This document shows, in pieces, positions 1 through 13,030 of a DNA stretch of 64,000 bases (positions within the stretch are counted from its first letter, which is position 1; the number at the start of each line of letters is the position of its first letter). The position numbers and the translations under genes are program-made. Source of the DNA: Octopus vulgaris (Eukaryota); NCBI GenBank assembly GCA_951406725.2, contig OX597820.1, positions 10,974,001 through 11,038,000 of the forward strand. Reading direction: 5' to 3'. Under the pieces are notes generated by a model. The model made no database searches. It saw only the letters and a program-made list of their open reading frames with translations, and had not been told where the DNA came from.

Positions 1-357
1 GTCCCAGCAGGGCATCACAAGGCAAACAAAAATTGCTGTGTACTGTGCATGTATACTGACACCACTCATTTACTCTTGTGTACATGGACTCTTTACAAAC
101 GTCATATAAGAGTCCTTGAACGCTTTCATCAGAGATGTCTCAGACACATTCTGAGTGTTAGCAGGACCTTAAAATCTCCAGACACACAGGTCCTGAGGAC
201 AGCTGATATCTTGCGTATTGAGGCGATGGTGCAGAAGCACTGGTTACGTTGTACTGGACACCTTATTAGAATGAAGGATAGCAGGGTCCCTAAGCAGTTG
301 CTATATGGGGAACTTGTGAATGGAAAGAGACCCCGGCAGAAACCAGGGCTTCGATTT
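1..357 (+). mobile_element. RTE-clade LINE, degenerate RT C-terminal fragment
   Basis: Translation WTLYKRHIRVLERFHQRCLRHIL...GHLIRMKDSRVPKQLLYGELVNGKRP matches the typical RTE ORF C-terminus; frameshifted and truncated. Confidence 0.85.
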
Positions 358-572
358 TATATGCATGGATACATACACACACACACACGTAATTATAATC
401 TGGCTTTAACATAGTCACACACGTGTGTGTGTGTGTGTGTGTACTTATATATATATATGTTCATGCATGTGTATCTTGAATGTGTATCTTGAACAGTTCG
501 GTTGAATGAACAAAAGCGCTAATAGAGAACAATCGAAAATTCTGACCGACTCCTCCTTCTGTATATATGTGT

Positions 573-627
<55 letters not shown>

Positions 628-1194
628 TGTATGGTTGTTGTGATTGTGAGTTATAGCGTCCAGAAAGTTGATGGAGTTGAAAGAGTTTATTATTCCTAAG
701 CCTATTTCAATATGAATGATATGTAACTGACATCACAGGTGCAACGATCATCTTCTTCAGTTAGGCTAGGGCTGACTTAGAGATAAACAGGATTTAGAAT
801 TAGACGAGTAGATATGAATGTTACCAACGTCTGTCCTGTTGACTATATTAAAGCCAGATTATAATTGCCGAGAGATTTGGATAACATCTTACTTTGATTG
901 CATTATATGTAAGTCTCAGCCATAATTTCTTTCTTTGTGCGTACAGGTTTGTCGATATTCTATAAAAATACGATCTATATTACTGGTATATTCTTATACA
1001 TTTATCAGACATCAGAAATATGTTCAGACATATGAAGTTTTTGAGAACATCGCATCTATCTATAAATTTCAACCAGGATATAATAATTCTGTTTTATTTA
1101 TTCAAGACCAGCAGTCCTACTTGAGAACTATGTCAAGGGGTACACGTGACTTCGGAATACTCAACCTATTTGAATTCTAATTCAATGAGTATAT

Positions 1195-1510
1195 TCTTTC
1201 CTACTCTAAGCACAAGGCCCGAAATTTTGGGGGAGGGGTCCAGTCGATTAGATCGACCCCAGTACGCAACTGGTACTTAAGTTAACTCCATGAGTATATT
1301 TATTTCTTTATTGCCCAATGGGGGCTAAACATAGAGGGGAAAAACAAGGACAGACAAGGGGATTATATCGACCCCAGTAATTAACTGGTAATTAATTTAT
1401 CGACGCCGAAAGAATGAAAGGCAAAGTCGACCTCGGCGGAATTTGAACTCAGAATGTAAAGGCAGACGAAATACCGCTAAGCATTTCGCCCGGCCTGCTA
1501 ACGCTTCTGC
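1195..1510 (-). mobile_element. tRNA-derived SINE family 2, two adjacent truncated copies
   Basis: Matches the GAGTTCAAATTCCGCCGAGGTCGACTTTGCCTTTCAT body seen many times in the window; flanked and separated by the repeated target sequence taattcaatgagtatatt. Confidence 0.85.
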
Positions 1511-1974
1511 TTTATTTAATTCAATGAGTATATTGTGCAGCTGTTTGAGCATCTGGACACTCATAAAAGAAATCATTATAATCTTCACAAATATAACTGA
1601 CATTGCTTCTATAAAATTGGAAATATTTTATTAGTCGCTTGAGCGCACCAGTTGGAAAAAATTATTTTAATCAAACTAAACGTGTTTGGAAATTCGAATT
1701 TCTGTGATTAAAATATTGCTTGCTGAATTAATGGTGGTCATAATATCTACGATAATGATGATAACTCTCATTCCGTCTTGCACCGTAGCAGTTATTTAGG
1801 ATCTAAATAACGACCATATCGAGATACTGATGATGCATGTCAAAAGTGTGTAAGCTCAACATATGCCGCGAGTGTTTCTTTAGTTTATAACAATAAGTTG
1901 AACCCCTAAAGTCTACGGATTACTTTGCATTACTGAGACACAGATTAGGATTTCCAGTCGACTTAGTCATCCTT

Positions 1975-2241
1975 AGATAAGAGCGACGTGATAACTGCTT
2001 TCTGCGACGATTTCATCTCAATCGAAGGAGAGGGGCTTTCTCCGTCCGGGTTGCGGATCCGTGGAATAAGCTGCCGGACGAGATAGTGAAGATGCCGACG
2101 ACCGCTCGGTTCAAAGTCTCCCTTGACCACAAATGGCCTGAACTCTTTGCATGAACACCACCCTGTACATAACTCCATGTCCCCCTACATGGCCTTGCTT
2201 TTTGCTTTTTGAGCCAAAATATTAACTCAACTTAACTTAAT
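1975..2241 (+). mobile_element. CR1-like LINE 3' end fragment
   Basis: Reads RRRGAFSVRVADPWNKLPDEIVKMPTTARFKVSLDHKW, the CR1-type 'FS.RV...WN.LP......FK..LD' terminus, then a short UTR and a (taact)-like tail. Confidence 0.8.
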
Positions 2242-2264
2242 CTACCCAATTTAATCGTTATGCA

Positions 2265-2485
2265 TATTGATCACTTAGTTTAAAATGGATGATAATCATC
2301 TACCTAAGGACCTCTTCTATGGTCACTATAGCCCTTGTGCCAGGCACCAAGGCCGACCACGGCACCGTTATACGGACACTTTTAAGACTTATTTAAATTA
2401 TTTAAAAACCCGCAAGATATGGAGATCCTACGTATTGAATAAAGACCAATTGAAGAGCTCTTGTCCTAATCCATCTCTGATGTAG
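2265..2485 (+). mobile_element. RTE-clade LINE fragment
   Basis: MDDNHLPKDLFYG...RHQGRPRHRYTDTFK is an RTE C-terminal motif. Confidence 0.7.
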
Positions 2486-2560
2486 AGGGAGGCAAGATCA
2501 ATATCAACAACAGGAAAAGATCTCAGCGTAGACCCCGGTCCAAGTTATATTCCTTTATTT

Positions 2561-2777
2561 CTTTACTCTTTTACTTGTTTCAGTCATTTGACTGCAGCCA
2601 TGCTGGAGCACCACCTTTTAGCCGAGCAAATCGACCCCAGTACTTATTCTTTGTAATCCTAGTACTTATTCTACGGGGACGTAAACACACCAGCATCGCA
2701 TGTCAAACGTTGTTGGTGGGGAGGCAAATACAGACATAAATACACACACGCACACATACGCACACATACACACACAC

Positions 2778-2846
<69 letters not shown>

Positions 2847-3030
2847 TATATATATACAAATATGCTTCGGGCTTCTTTCAGTTTCCGTCTACCAAATCCA
2901 CTCACAAGGCTTTAGTCAGCCCGAGGCTATAGTAGAAGACATTTGCCCAAGGTGACACGCAGTGCAACTAAACCCAGAACCATGTGGTTGGTAAGCAAGC
3001 TATTTACCACACACCCACTCCTGCGCCTAT
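2561..3030 (-). mobile_element. tRNA-derived SINE family 1, near full length
   Basis: Reverse complement begins GGCGCAGGAGTGG.TGTGTGGTAA, has an internal (TA)/(TG) tract and ends GGTGGTGCTCCAGCATGGCTGCAGTCAAATGACTGAAACAAGTAAAAG. Confidence 0.9.
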
Positions 3031-3862
3031 AATAAAGAAAACATTTCTGCAACGTCTTCAACCGGATTTGCAAATCCCGTATAGTTTTGAGTTCCAACGA
3101 GGCGACACGATAAAACGTTGAGCTACGAACCGAACACTAAATAACTGTGTCCTGCTCAACGCTCATCTGTCGAAGTGACGGGAGTCCAACGCATGGGTCT
3201 ATAAATATACAATATCTTTCATGGTTACGAGGCATCACGACATAAAAACAACACGTCTTTTTTTAACATCACAAGAAAAGAGATACATTCATATAACTTG
3301 AGACGATTTACAAGAAAAGCGCTTTCTAATTATCTTTTTAATAGCAATGAACTTCTAAGCAAAATAACACTTCAGTGTTTGTTTTGTCCCAAGGCAGCCC
3401 AATCGATTCTATTTATGATAAAAGACGTTCTGTCCTTCATCGCTTCCTTTGTTTTATTTCTAGATTACCTTGCTCAATATATGGTTCTTTATTCAGGATG
3501 ATATGGGATGTTACTTTATGGATATTTAGCTGTTATATCTAGAAGTTGAATTGAACCTATACAAGCTCTTTAATTGGCTTATAAACTGGTCTTCTCTCAT
3601 AAGAAGGGGGGGGTGTTTAATCGGTTGAGAAATAATTGCTTAGCGACTCTGAATTAACCAAATGAAGAAGCGATATCGTAATTTGAACACTGAATTGTTA
3701 TTCATTGATTGTAGAGAGAATATGGATTAACGAATACATAACGTGTAAGGAAAGATAATTGAACTACTTATAGCATTATTACTATAATTAATACTAATAA
3801 AACAGGTGGAAAGGAAAAAAAGAGAAGCTTTATAAAAACTACCTATTCTTTTGTACGACTAC

Positions 3863-4445
3863 TGGCGTGGTTGGGTGGTAAAACGTTTGCGTCCCAACCA
3901 CTTGGTTCCAGGTTCAGCCCCACTGCATGACACGATGTCTTCTGCTATTGCGAGAGGATTTGGTAGACGGAAACTGAAAGAAGCTCATCGAGTGTGTAAA
4001 TATATATATGTATCAGTGTATGTGTGTGCGTATTCATGTGTGTGTGTCCGTTTCCTTGTGCCTGTGTTTGTCCCCCAGCTAGTGTTGGTGTGTTTACGTC
4101 CCCGTAAGTTAAATGTTCAGAAAACATAGACCGGGTAAATAAGCACTAAACTTCTTTTTAAAAAAAGTCCTGGCGTCAATTCGTTCGACTCGAAGTAGTG
4201 ATCCAGAATGGCCGCAGTCAAATGACTGAAACAAGTAATAGAATAAAAGAATATGTGTGTGTGTCTTTGCTGGTGCGCTTATATTCGCGTAACTTAACGA
4301 TTCAGCAAAAGGGACTGATAGAGTAAGCACTCAGCTTTACAATAATAAGTACGGGGGGGGGGTCTGCTCGTTCGATTAAAATTCTTGAAAGCGGTGCCCC
4401 AGCATGGCCTCAGCCTTGTGACTGAGACAAATAAACGATAACAGA
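3863..4445 (+). mobile_element. SINE family 1, degenerate copy with duplicated 3' half
   Basis: Similar to 8461-8870; the tail motif occurs twice (about 4200-4250 and 4390-4440). Confidence 0.75.
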
Positions 4446-5260
4446 ATATATAAATACACATCACCTTTTAAAATGCCCAAAACAAGTTTAGCTACCTTCA
4501 TCTTGATTTCTCTTTTTCTTTTCTTTTTTCGTTTTTCGTTTATTCATTGCTGCATTAAAAACGTAAACGAATTTCTTCCAGAAGGGAATAATATCCATAT
4601 CGGATGTGGCATCAGCTGCGATTCCTGATTCACGCAACAAAAAAACTACATTTCCAATAGATGGCGCATATATGTTGTACGTAGTTCTCGTATCAGCTAA
4701 TTCAATTCACATCTGACAAGAAGAAATTGACGGAACCACATCTGATTATCTACCTTCACATCGAAAACCGTTCAAACGGGGACTAATTAAGACAACGTAA
4801 GTTATATAACACAACCGCGAGAGAGAAAGAAAGTTTTTCTTGCGACGAGAAATGATCATACAATGTAAAAATCGAATCCTCAAAATATTAAAAAAAATCT
4901 GAAATCACTTAGCTAAATTCGATCCACAGTGATGCATATCGCAGTAAGCTGTTGCCTAGTTACAAATGTTAAAACAATTAACATAGCACTAATGCAATAA
5001 CCAATGTTCACGCATGAGCAGATAAGATGAAAATGCAAAACATCAATACAGCGTTACTCTGCTAATCATAACCACCAAAGATAGTATACATCATATAAAA
5101 ATATATATGTGAGTGTGTGTTTGGTAGTAGGGAACTGGAAGAAAGCTGTCGTATGTATATATATATATATAAGGATAAGATTGTTAATTTAAAATAACGA
5201 TTTTATCAAGTGGTCAGCATGGAAAAAAATAACCTTCAAAGGTAATAATTATTAAAACTT

Positions 5261-5541
5261 TAAATTAGGGTATCTACGAGATACGACCATGCTGAAAATA
5301 GCAGCCATGATCTGACTCTAAAACCACCTTATTTGTCCATATATCAACACGGAGAGAAAATAAAAAGACAAGATGAAACAAGTAAAAAATTACTGTATAA
5401 TTCTAGATACCGGATTTCTGCTTTTGGATTCAGTAATGCTTTGCCTCGTCCGTGTTGATATGTGGACAGTTAAGGTGGTTTTAGAGTCAGATCAGGGCTA
5501 CTATTTTCAGCATGGTGGTATCTCGTAGATACTCAAATTTA
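5261..5541. repeat. Foldback element with ~90-bp inverted arms, Penelope-like
   Basis: 5261-5353 is the reverse complement of 5449-5541; the spacer has a degenerate minus-strand hammerhead-like motif; lies between (TA)n tracts. Confidence 0.8.
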
Positions 5542-5543
5542 TA

Positions 5544-5606
<63 letters not shown>

Positions 5607-5814
5607 TTTATGCGTATGTGTTTGTGTTAGCCCCCCCCTCGCCATCGCTTCACAACCGATGCTGGTATCTGTGTCCGATTAACCTAGCGGTTCGGCAACA
5701 GAGACCAATACAATAAGTACTAGGCTTACAAAGAATAAGTCCTAGGGTCAAAGATGGTATACCTCATATATAAATATATATGTGAGTGTGTGTGCGTGTT
5801 ACTGTGTGAGTGTA

Positions 5815-6184
5815 CAGGGAGCCATTTTATATATTGTCGCCGTTTTATATTTTTAATAACACCAAGGATGATTTGAAGGCAAGGATTATGGCAGCATTCA
5901 CCAACTTAAACAAGGAGACCGTCCAGAAAAGTTGCAGGAGATTCCGAAATGGTCTGAAGGTCGTGGTTTAAGCCAATAGCAAGATTATTGAATAAATTTA
6001 CGTTTTTATTTATTTTATTTTATTTTATTTTATCTAGTTTCAGCTCACGAGCAGTGGCTATGTTGGAGCACCGCCACTTCAATATCTCTTTATGAATTTT
6101 CTGTTAATATATCTCTTAAAATGAGATGTCGGTGTTATTTTCATTTTTGGGTAATTTAGACGACAATTTATTCACCGCACCCTG
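5815..6184 (+). mobile_element. Tc1/mariner internal-deletion derivative
   Basis: TA-CAGGG...CCCTG-TA ends; encodes transposase C-terminus TKDDLKARIMAAFTNLNKETVQKSCRRFRNGLKVVV. Confidence 0.8.
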
Positions 6185-6397
6185 TAAGTATATTAGATCT
6201 ATGCGTGTGTGTGTGTGTGTGTGCGTGCGTGTGTACATATACATGTACAAGGCGCAGGTGTGGCTGTGTGGTTAGAAGCTTGCTTTGCAGCCACATGCTT
6301 CCAGGTTTGGGCAAGTATTTTCTACTTTGGCCTCGGGTCGACGAAACACTTATATTTAACGGTTTTTCGTAAAGTCTGTTGCCATGTAATTTCCAGC

Positions 6398-6660
6398 TTA
6401 AGCGTCAGACACTGGAATAAACGAAAGACTACTAAATTACCCAGTTATATATGGTCCTTTAAAGGTGTTAACTACAGTATTTACTGAAAGATCTTAGCCA
6501 AGTGTAACCCTTATACCAACGGAAGGGGCAAGTGCGGTCTTTATAATATGGAAAGATGGCTCACCTGGAAAAGTTCCTTACACTACGCCGCATGTTTAAA
6601 TTCAAGAACTGAACTCTTTGGATCGTTTCCATACGTCATAAAATACCTGTTGCTGTTCTG
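6398..6660 (+). mobile_element. Penelope-like element, degenerate GIY-YIG endonuclease C-terminal region
   Basis: TTKLPSYIWSFKGVNYSIY*KILAKCNPYTNGRGKCGLYNMER...LNSRTELFG resembles the PLE 'T.LS.YIW.LK....Y.I.WKIL....PY......C.LC..EK...LN.R.EL' pattern. Confidence 0.75.
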
Positions 6661-7126
6661 GGACCCACAAACCACATTTCTTCTATGTTCCTCCACAAAA
6701 TTTCCCCTGCGTTTTCACTCCCATTAAATTTAAATTTAAATTTTAATATTTATATTTGTTTTTTATATATATTTTTTATATATTTTCCTTTTAATATGTG
6801 TGTATGTACGTGTGTGTGTATGTATGTATATATATCGTATGTATGTAAGTATGTGTGTGTATATATATGCATTCATATAAGTCTAAGACTGTGTCCAGTG
6901 TATATGTTCGATTTTCATGCGAACACATCCTTTACATGGATATGCATATGTTTGTATATGTGCGGATGTATGTGACGGGAGGGTATATATGCTTGTGTGT
7001 GTGTGCAGCAGTGTGAATGTATGTCTGTATATATATACGCATATTTATACGTATAAATATGTATCTCTCTCTCTATATATATATGTTATGTTACATGTAT
7101 GCATATAAGCATCTATATGTATATGA

Positions 7127-7560
7127 GAATTAGCTTGTACATCGGAAGGTTTGGAGATGATGTACAGGTATTATATATTAGAAAAATTGAGGTAATCAGA
7201 TCAGATGGTTCATATTTGTAGATATTTATTTATATATTACATTTTTTACATATATATCATATCATTCGGATTAGCGCTTGCTCCCATTCTAGTGGGTTTT
7301 CAAATCAAATCAGTTTGACCAACGGAAATAACACTTCTTCACTCTCAGATATAAATGCGCAGTCTCACTTCCTCCTCACCCACTACTACGAAACTATAAA
7401 AAGGTTCAAACTACCCACAACTGATTTGATTTGAAAACCCACTAGAATGGGAGCAAGCGCTAATCCGAATGATATGATATATATAAAAAATGTAATATAT
7501 AAATAAATATCTACAAATATGAACCATCTGATCTGATTACCTCAATTTTTCTAATATATA
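7127..7560. repeat. Foldback element with ~143-bp near-perfect inverted arms
   Basis: 7172-7315 is the reverse complement of 7419-7560 apart from one small indel; ~100-bp spacer; related sequence at 21840-22075. Confidence 0.95.
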
Positions 7561-7982
7561 TATATATATACATGTGTGTATGTGTGCGGGTATGTGTGTA
7601 TGTATGGGTACGTATATGCATATATGTTCATATATATATGTTTGTGGGTGTGCGTTTACATGTTTTGTGTGCGAGTGTACGTAGGTAGACGTTGTGAACG
7701 CAGGTGTTTTATGTCTTTATAACTTTTTTAGATTTTTTATCTCTTTGTTATTTTTCTCTTTTTTTCCATCTATTAAAGTTACTTCCCTTATATGTAACAG
7801 TTTTTCGTAGTGTGTGTTGCCATTTAGTAGCCAGTAACTCTTCGCTCCGACAGTAACTCTTCGCTCCGACATTCGAAACTCTGAGTACTATGACAGCCGT
7901 TTACTGTTTGCTCTATAAATTATAGCTTATAAAATAATCCTCTATTTTTATGAATATCGGTCTCATTCTTTTGTTGTTGTTG

Positions 7983-8030
<48 letters not shown>

Positions 8031-8032
<2 letters not shown>

Positions 8033-8410
8033 TGGCACTCTGTCGGTTACGACGTCGAAGGTTCCAGTTGATCTAATCAACGGAATAGTCTCCTCGTGAA
8101 ATTAACATGCAAGTGGCAGAGCACTCCGTAGACACGTGTATCCTTAACGTATTTCTAGGGGAGATTCAGCGTGACACAGAGTATGACAAGGCTGGCCCTT
8201 TGAAATAGAAGTACAAGAGAGACAGGAGGAAAGAGTGAGAGAAAGTTGTGGTGAAAGAGTACAGCAGTGTTCACCACCACCCACTGCTGGAGCCTCGTGG
8301 AGCTTTGGGTGTTTTCGGTCAATAAACACTCACAACGCCCGGTCTGGGAATCGAAAACGAAATCCTACGACCACGAGTCCGCTGCCCTAACTACTGGGCC
8401 ATTGCGCCTC
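8031..8410 (-). mobile_element. tRNA-derived SINE family 4
   Basis: Reverse complement starts GAGGCGCAATGGCCCAGTAGTTAGGGCAGCGGACTCG...TTCGATTCCC (A and B boxes); second copy at 40172-40554. Confidence 0.85.
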
Positions 8411-8428
8411 ACGCACGCGCGCACACAC

Positions 8429-8459
<31 letters not shown>

Positions 8460-8460
8460 T

Positions 8461-8870
8461 AGGCGCAGGAGTGGCAGTGTGGTAAGTAGCTTGTTTACCA
8501 ACCACATGGTTCCGGGTTCAGTCCCACTGCGTGGCACCTTGGGCAAGTGTCTTCTGCTATAGCCTCGGGCCGACCAAAGCCTTTTGAGTGGATTTGGTAG
8601 ACGGAAACTGAAAGAAACCTGTCGTATATATGTATATATATGCATATATGTGTGTGCGTGTATGTTTGTGTTTGTCCCCCTAGCATTGCTTGACAACCGA
8701 TGCTGGTGTGTTTAGGTCCCCGTCACTTAGCGGTTCGGCAAAAGAGACCGATAGAATAAGTACTGGGCTTACAAAGAATAAATCCTGGGGTCGAGTTGCT
8801 CGATTAAAGGCGGTGCTCCAGCATGGCCACAGTCAAATGACTGAAACAAGTAAAAGAGAGTAAAAGAGAT
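8461..8870 (+). mobile_element. SINE family 1, full length
   Basis: A-box head GGAGTGGCAGTGTGGTAA, B-box-like GGTTCAGTCCC, conserved tail ...CAGTCAAATGACTGAAACAAGTAAAAGAG. Confidence 0.9.
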
Positions 8871-9656
8871 ATGTGTGTGTGTGTGTGTGTGTGTGTGAAT
8901 ATATATATATACGTACATATATATGCATATACGTAAATATATATGTACGTGTGTGCGCGCTCGTTGATGTATTCATATTGTGCGTGTGAATTACTGTATT
9001 TTCCTGTATAATTTATTGGGCGATCGGAATTAATCAGAGCCCTTTTTTTTTACTCATTTCACTTTGTAAGTATATTTCCTCTCACGCAGCGTAAATCTTG
9101 AAGATTGAGAACGTAGCTACCTGTCCATCTCCCTATGTCTCACACTTTCTCTTCCTCTGTCACTTCATCTCATTCTCTCTCTTTTCTCTCTCTTTATATC
9201 TTTGTGTGTGCATGTGTCCATCAAGAAACACGGAAGCTACTGGACGCATACACCTAGCCAATTTTCTTCTATAATGTCCTTCTGGCTTGCATTCAAGGTT
9301 GTTAAAAGGCTAACATAATTACGTAGGCGTCTCTAAGTGTTGGGATTTCTTTAAAACCCGGCATTAAACTCATTCTATATTCGTGCACAAAATAAATAGT
9401 TAGTTGTTGAGCAGTTTGATCCGTGTCCAACAATATTTACGCCAGCGTTTGCGTCCTCACGAACGGGCACTCACACACCCACACCAAATATCCGCCCAAA
9501 TATGTACGATGTGGGGAATTAGGTATGTGAATCCCCCATTTTAGTGTGCATGTGTGTGTATGTATGTATATATATATATATATATACACGCAAACACATG
9601 CTTATATATACTTACATATATATATATACATATGTATACATATGTACATATACGGA

Positions 9657-9700
<44 letters not shown>

Positions 9701-9814
9701 TATGTGTGTATATATATATAAAATCTAAGCAGGATCCTCATTAACCATTTCTACGAATACTGGCTATCAACAGTAGAAAATACACATACACGCGCACACA
9801 CACACACACACAAA

Positions 9815-10475
<661 letters not shown>

Positions 10476-10566
10476 TCTCCGTCAAAATCCATCTGTAAGC
10501 TAGAGGATATAGATAGCGAAGATTTTAACATCAACAATGGCGCTTAAGTTGTTCATTCTTTGACAG

Positions 10567-10724
10567 AAGTTATTCTCAATGAATATGATCCTTATGATAA
10601 CGATGACGTTAAAGAGGACTTGGTTAACGAAGTGGAGTATGCGCCCATACAATATGTCGGAAATGTTTGGGAACTTATAGCAGGACCAGAGCGACATGCA
10701 TTCTATACAGAAGAATCGCAATAA
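10567..10724 (+). CDS. Candidate terminal coding exon of an unidentified gene (VILNEYDPYDNDDVKEDLVNEVEYAPIQYVGNVWELIAGPERHAFYTEESQ*)
   Basis: Acceptor ttcattctttgacag at 10566, open phase-1 frame with protein-like composition, and strong donor atg|gtaagt at 10746/10747. No family recognised. Confidence 0.45.
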
Positions 10725-12359
10725 TGTATGAATGCGAAAAGAAATGGTAAGTCTTTGCTAAAAATTACATTTTAAAGGGGCCTTTGAATGTAGAATGTGG
10801 TCCTTCTTATGGTGCTGATAATGTGTTAAACTTGGGTTCCATCACTTCATCGCACAATTTTACACCATCCCCTAATCCGAGATTATCTAAAGCACTGAAT
10901 ATCGTAATTCTGATTCTCCAAAATGGTTGCTCTTGTTACATGAAGGGGCTTTTGTGTTATGTTTTGTTTCCCAATGTGGTCCCTTTCTCTTCGCCCTTCT
11001 CTCTCTCTCCGGGCATCCGCTTTTAAGAATTCTAGAACAACGACTGCAGCTGAGATACTTCGCTAATTGGGAAGGCTCACGAAAGCTATGAGCAGTTTCT
11101 CTTCCTTCCTCTGGGCGATTATAAAAATACGCGTCAGATAAGACTTAAAGATAAAGAAAGAGCGGGTAAAGCTAGGGAGGGGGAGAGAAAGAGGAGAGCA
11201 GATGAATAATAATTGGTGTGTGGAGAAGTGGGGTGCGAACCGATTGCAGAGACCACAGAATATTTTGTGAAAAGAAAATACAAGGAGAAACTAAGAGTAA
11301 AAATATGAATACTTTTAAATCTAATCAAAACTTACAAGAAATAATGATGTAGAACTGATACAATCTCATGTTTCAGTCGCTCTACTGCGTATTTAAATTT
11401 GAATATCTGTGTAACCGAAAGATCAAATATACGTTGAAATATGTATGCGTGTAAAGAGACAGTTACTTTAATGATGTTATTTGTTTCACGCACAAAAGGT
11501 GTTAAATCACATAGCAAGCACATGAACGTAACAGCGGTGATTTGGCATTATCTCTAACTTCAATTACAGGCATAAACATAACTTATTTCAAATAGCAAAT
11601 TGTAAATTCTATTTGACACATATTGACATCGTTGTAAAAATAGATATGTGCAAAGGTTATGATGTAGGAAAGAAAATGAAACTATAAAACAGATGTATAG
11701 GAATATCTGTTCGTTATATTTTAGCCCAAATGATGCATAATGGCAACCGCAATACGGTCATTATTGTTCATTTTCAGTTTGTCAACAGATGAGTATTCCT
11801 TTCTCTCGGCAATGCGCTTATAGCCATAATTTCCATTTCAATTATGTTAAAAGATGAGCAAGCCAGCATCCGTAATGAACATAGTAGTTTGCATTCAATA
11901 CGAGAAGCAGCCAAAAGTAAAATAAACAGTCGGAGATAAAAAGATACACAGAAGTTTATTATAACTTCATTGCAAACCGAACGATTTTATAGTTGTTACG
12001 CTTCGTTGGGTTTCGCTTCCATGCATGCTGTGAATCTCTTGAATAAAGCTTGGAGATTAAAAAAAAACACTCGTTATTGTTGTTGGAACAAATGAACGAT
12101 GAAACGTATGTAAATATTTGAAGAAAATGATTAATAAATGTATGTATATGTGTGTGCAGGTATGCTACGTGGTAGCAGCATACCTGCAGCATACATATAG
12201 CCACAGGTATTGCTGCGTGGTAAAAAGCTAGCTTCTCAACTACATGGTTTCTGATTCAGTCCCACCACGGGGCAACTTGAACAAGTTTCTTCAATCCCGG
12301 GCCGACTAAAGAGCCTTGTGAATGGATTTGATACATGGAAAACTGAAAGACATCTGTTG

Positions 12360-12426
<67 letters not shown>

Positions 12427-12524
12427 GCCTGTCTGGCTGGCTGTCTATTTATCTATCTCTCTGTCTATATATCTGTCTGTCTACCTATCTATCTGTCTAT
12501 CTAACTGTCTATCTGTCCGTCGAT

Positions 12525-12615
<91 letters not shown>

Positions 12616-12869
12616 AGGGCTTAACAACAAGTTGCCTCACCACATGCCTGATACTCACAAAACTTTAACAGCTACAAAACACTGTCTGTAGGAAAGTTGT
12701 TCTTGCTTTTTGTAAAGGATCAGCGAAAGGTATGATAATATTATAAAGGATTATGAGCTACCAATGGTCTAGCGAGAGAGCGTATTTGCCGCCACCATCC
12801 AGTGTCCCCGCCCAATCCTTTACAAGCGTATATAACAGAGACAAAAGTGCCGCCCTCATAAAAGTGAAC

Positions 12870-13030
12870 CGCACCCGCCCTCGCCCCAGCTATGTTACTG
12901 TAAACGATGCTACCATGAAAACTATACTGGGCGTTGAGGAAAACGGTGTTTTGGGAGGAAGTAATGACTTCCGTCGTAAGTCCTTGGATTGGCGGTTATA
13001 TAGGGCGACATTATTTGTTCAAGGCAAGCT
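12870..13030 (+). promoter_or_regulatory. Candidate Pol II promoter
   Basis: Ordered GC-box-like ccgcccTcgcccc (~12875-12888), paired ETS-type GGAAGT and ACTTCCG (~12957-12973), ATTGG (CCAAT, ~12988) and TATATAG (~12997) in locally CpG-rich unique DNA. Confidence 0.45.

Noticed and set aside
4582-4796. Exon with in-frame TGA at 4714 (selenocysteine or readthrough)
   Set aside because: Splice sites are plausible, but there is no redox motif, no recognisable family and no visible SECIS; chance is more likely.
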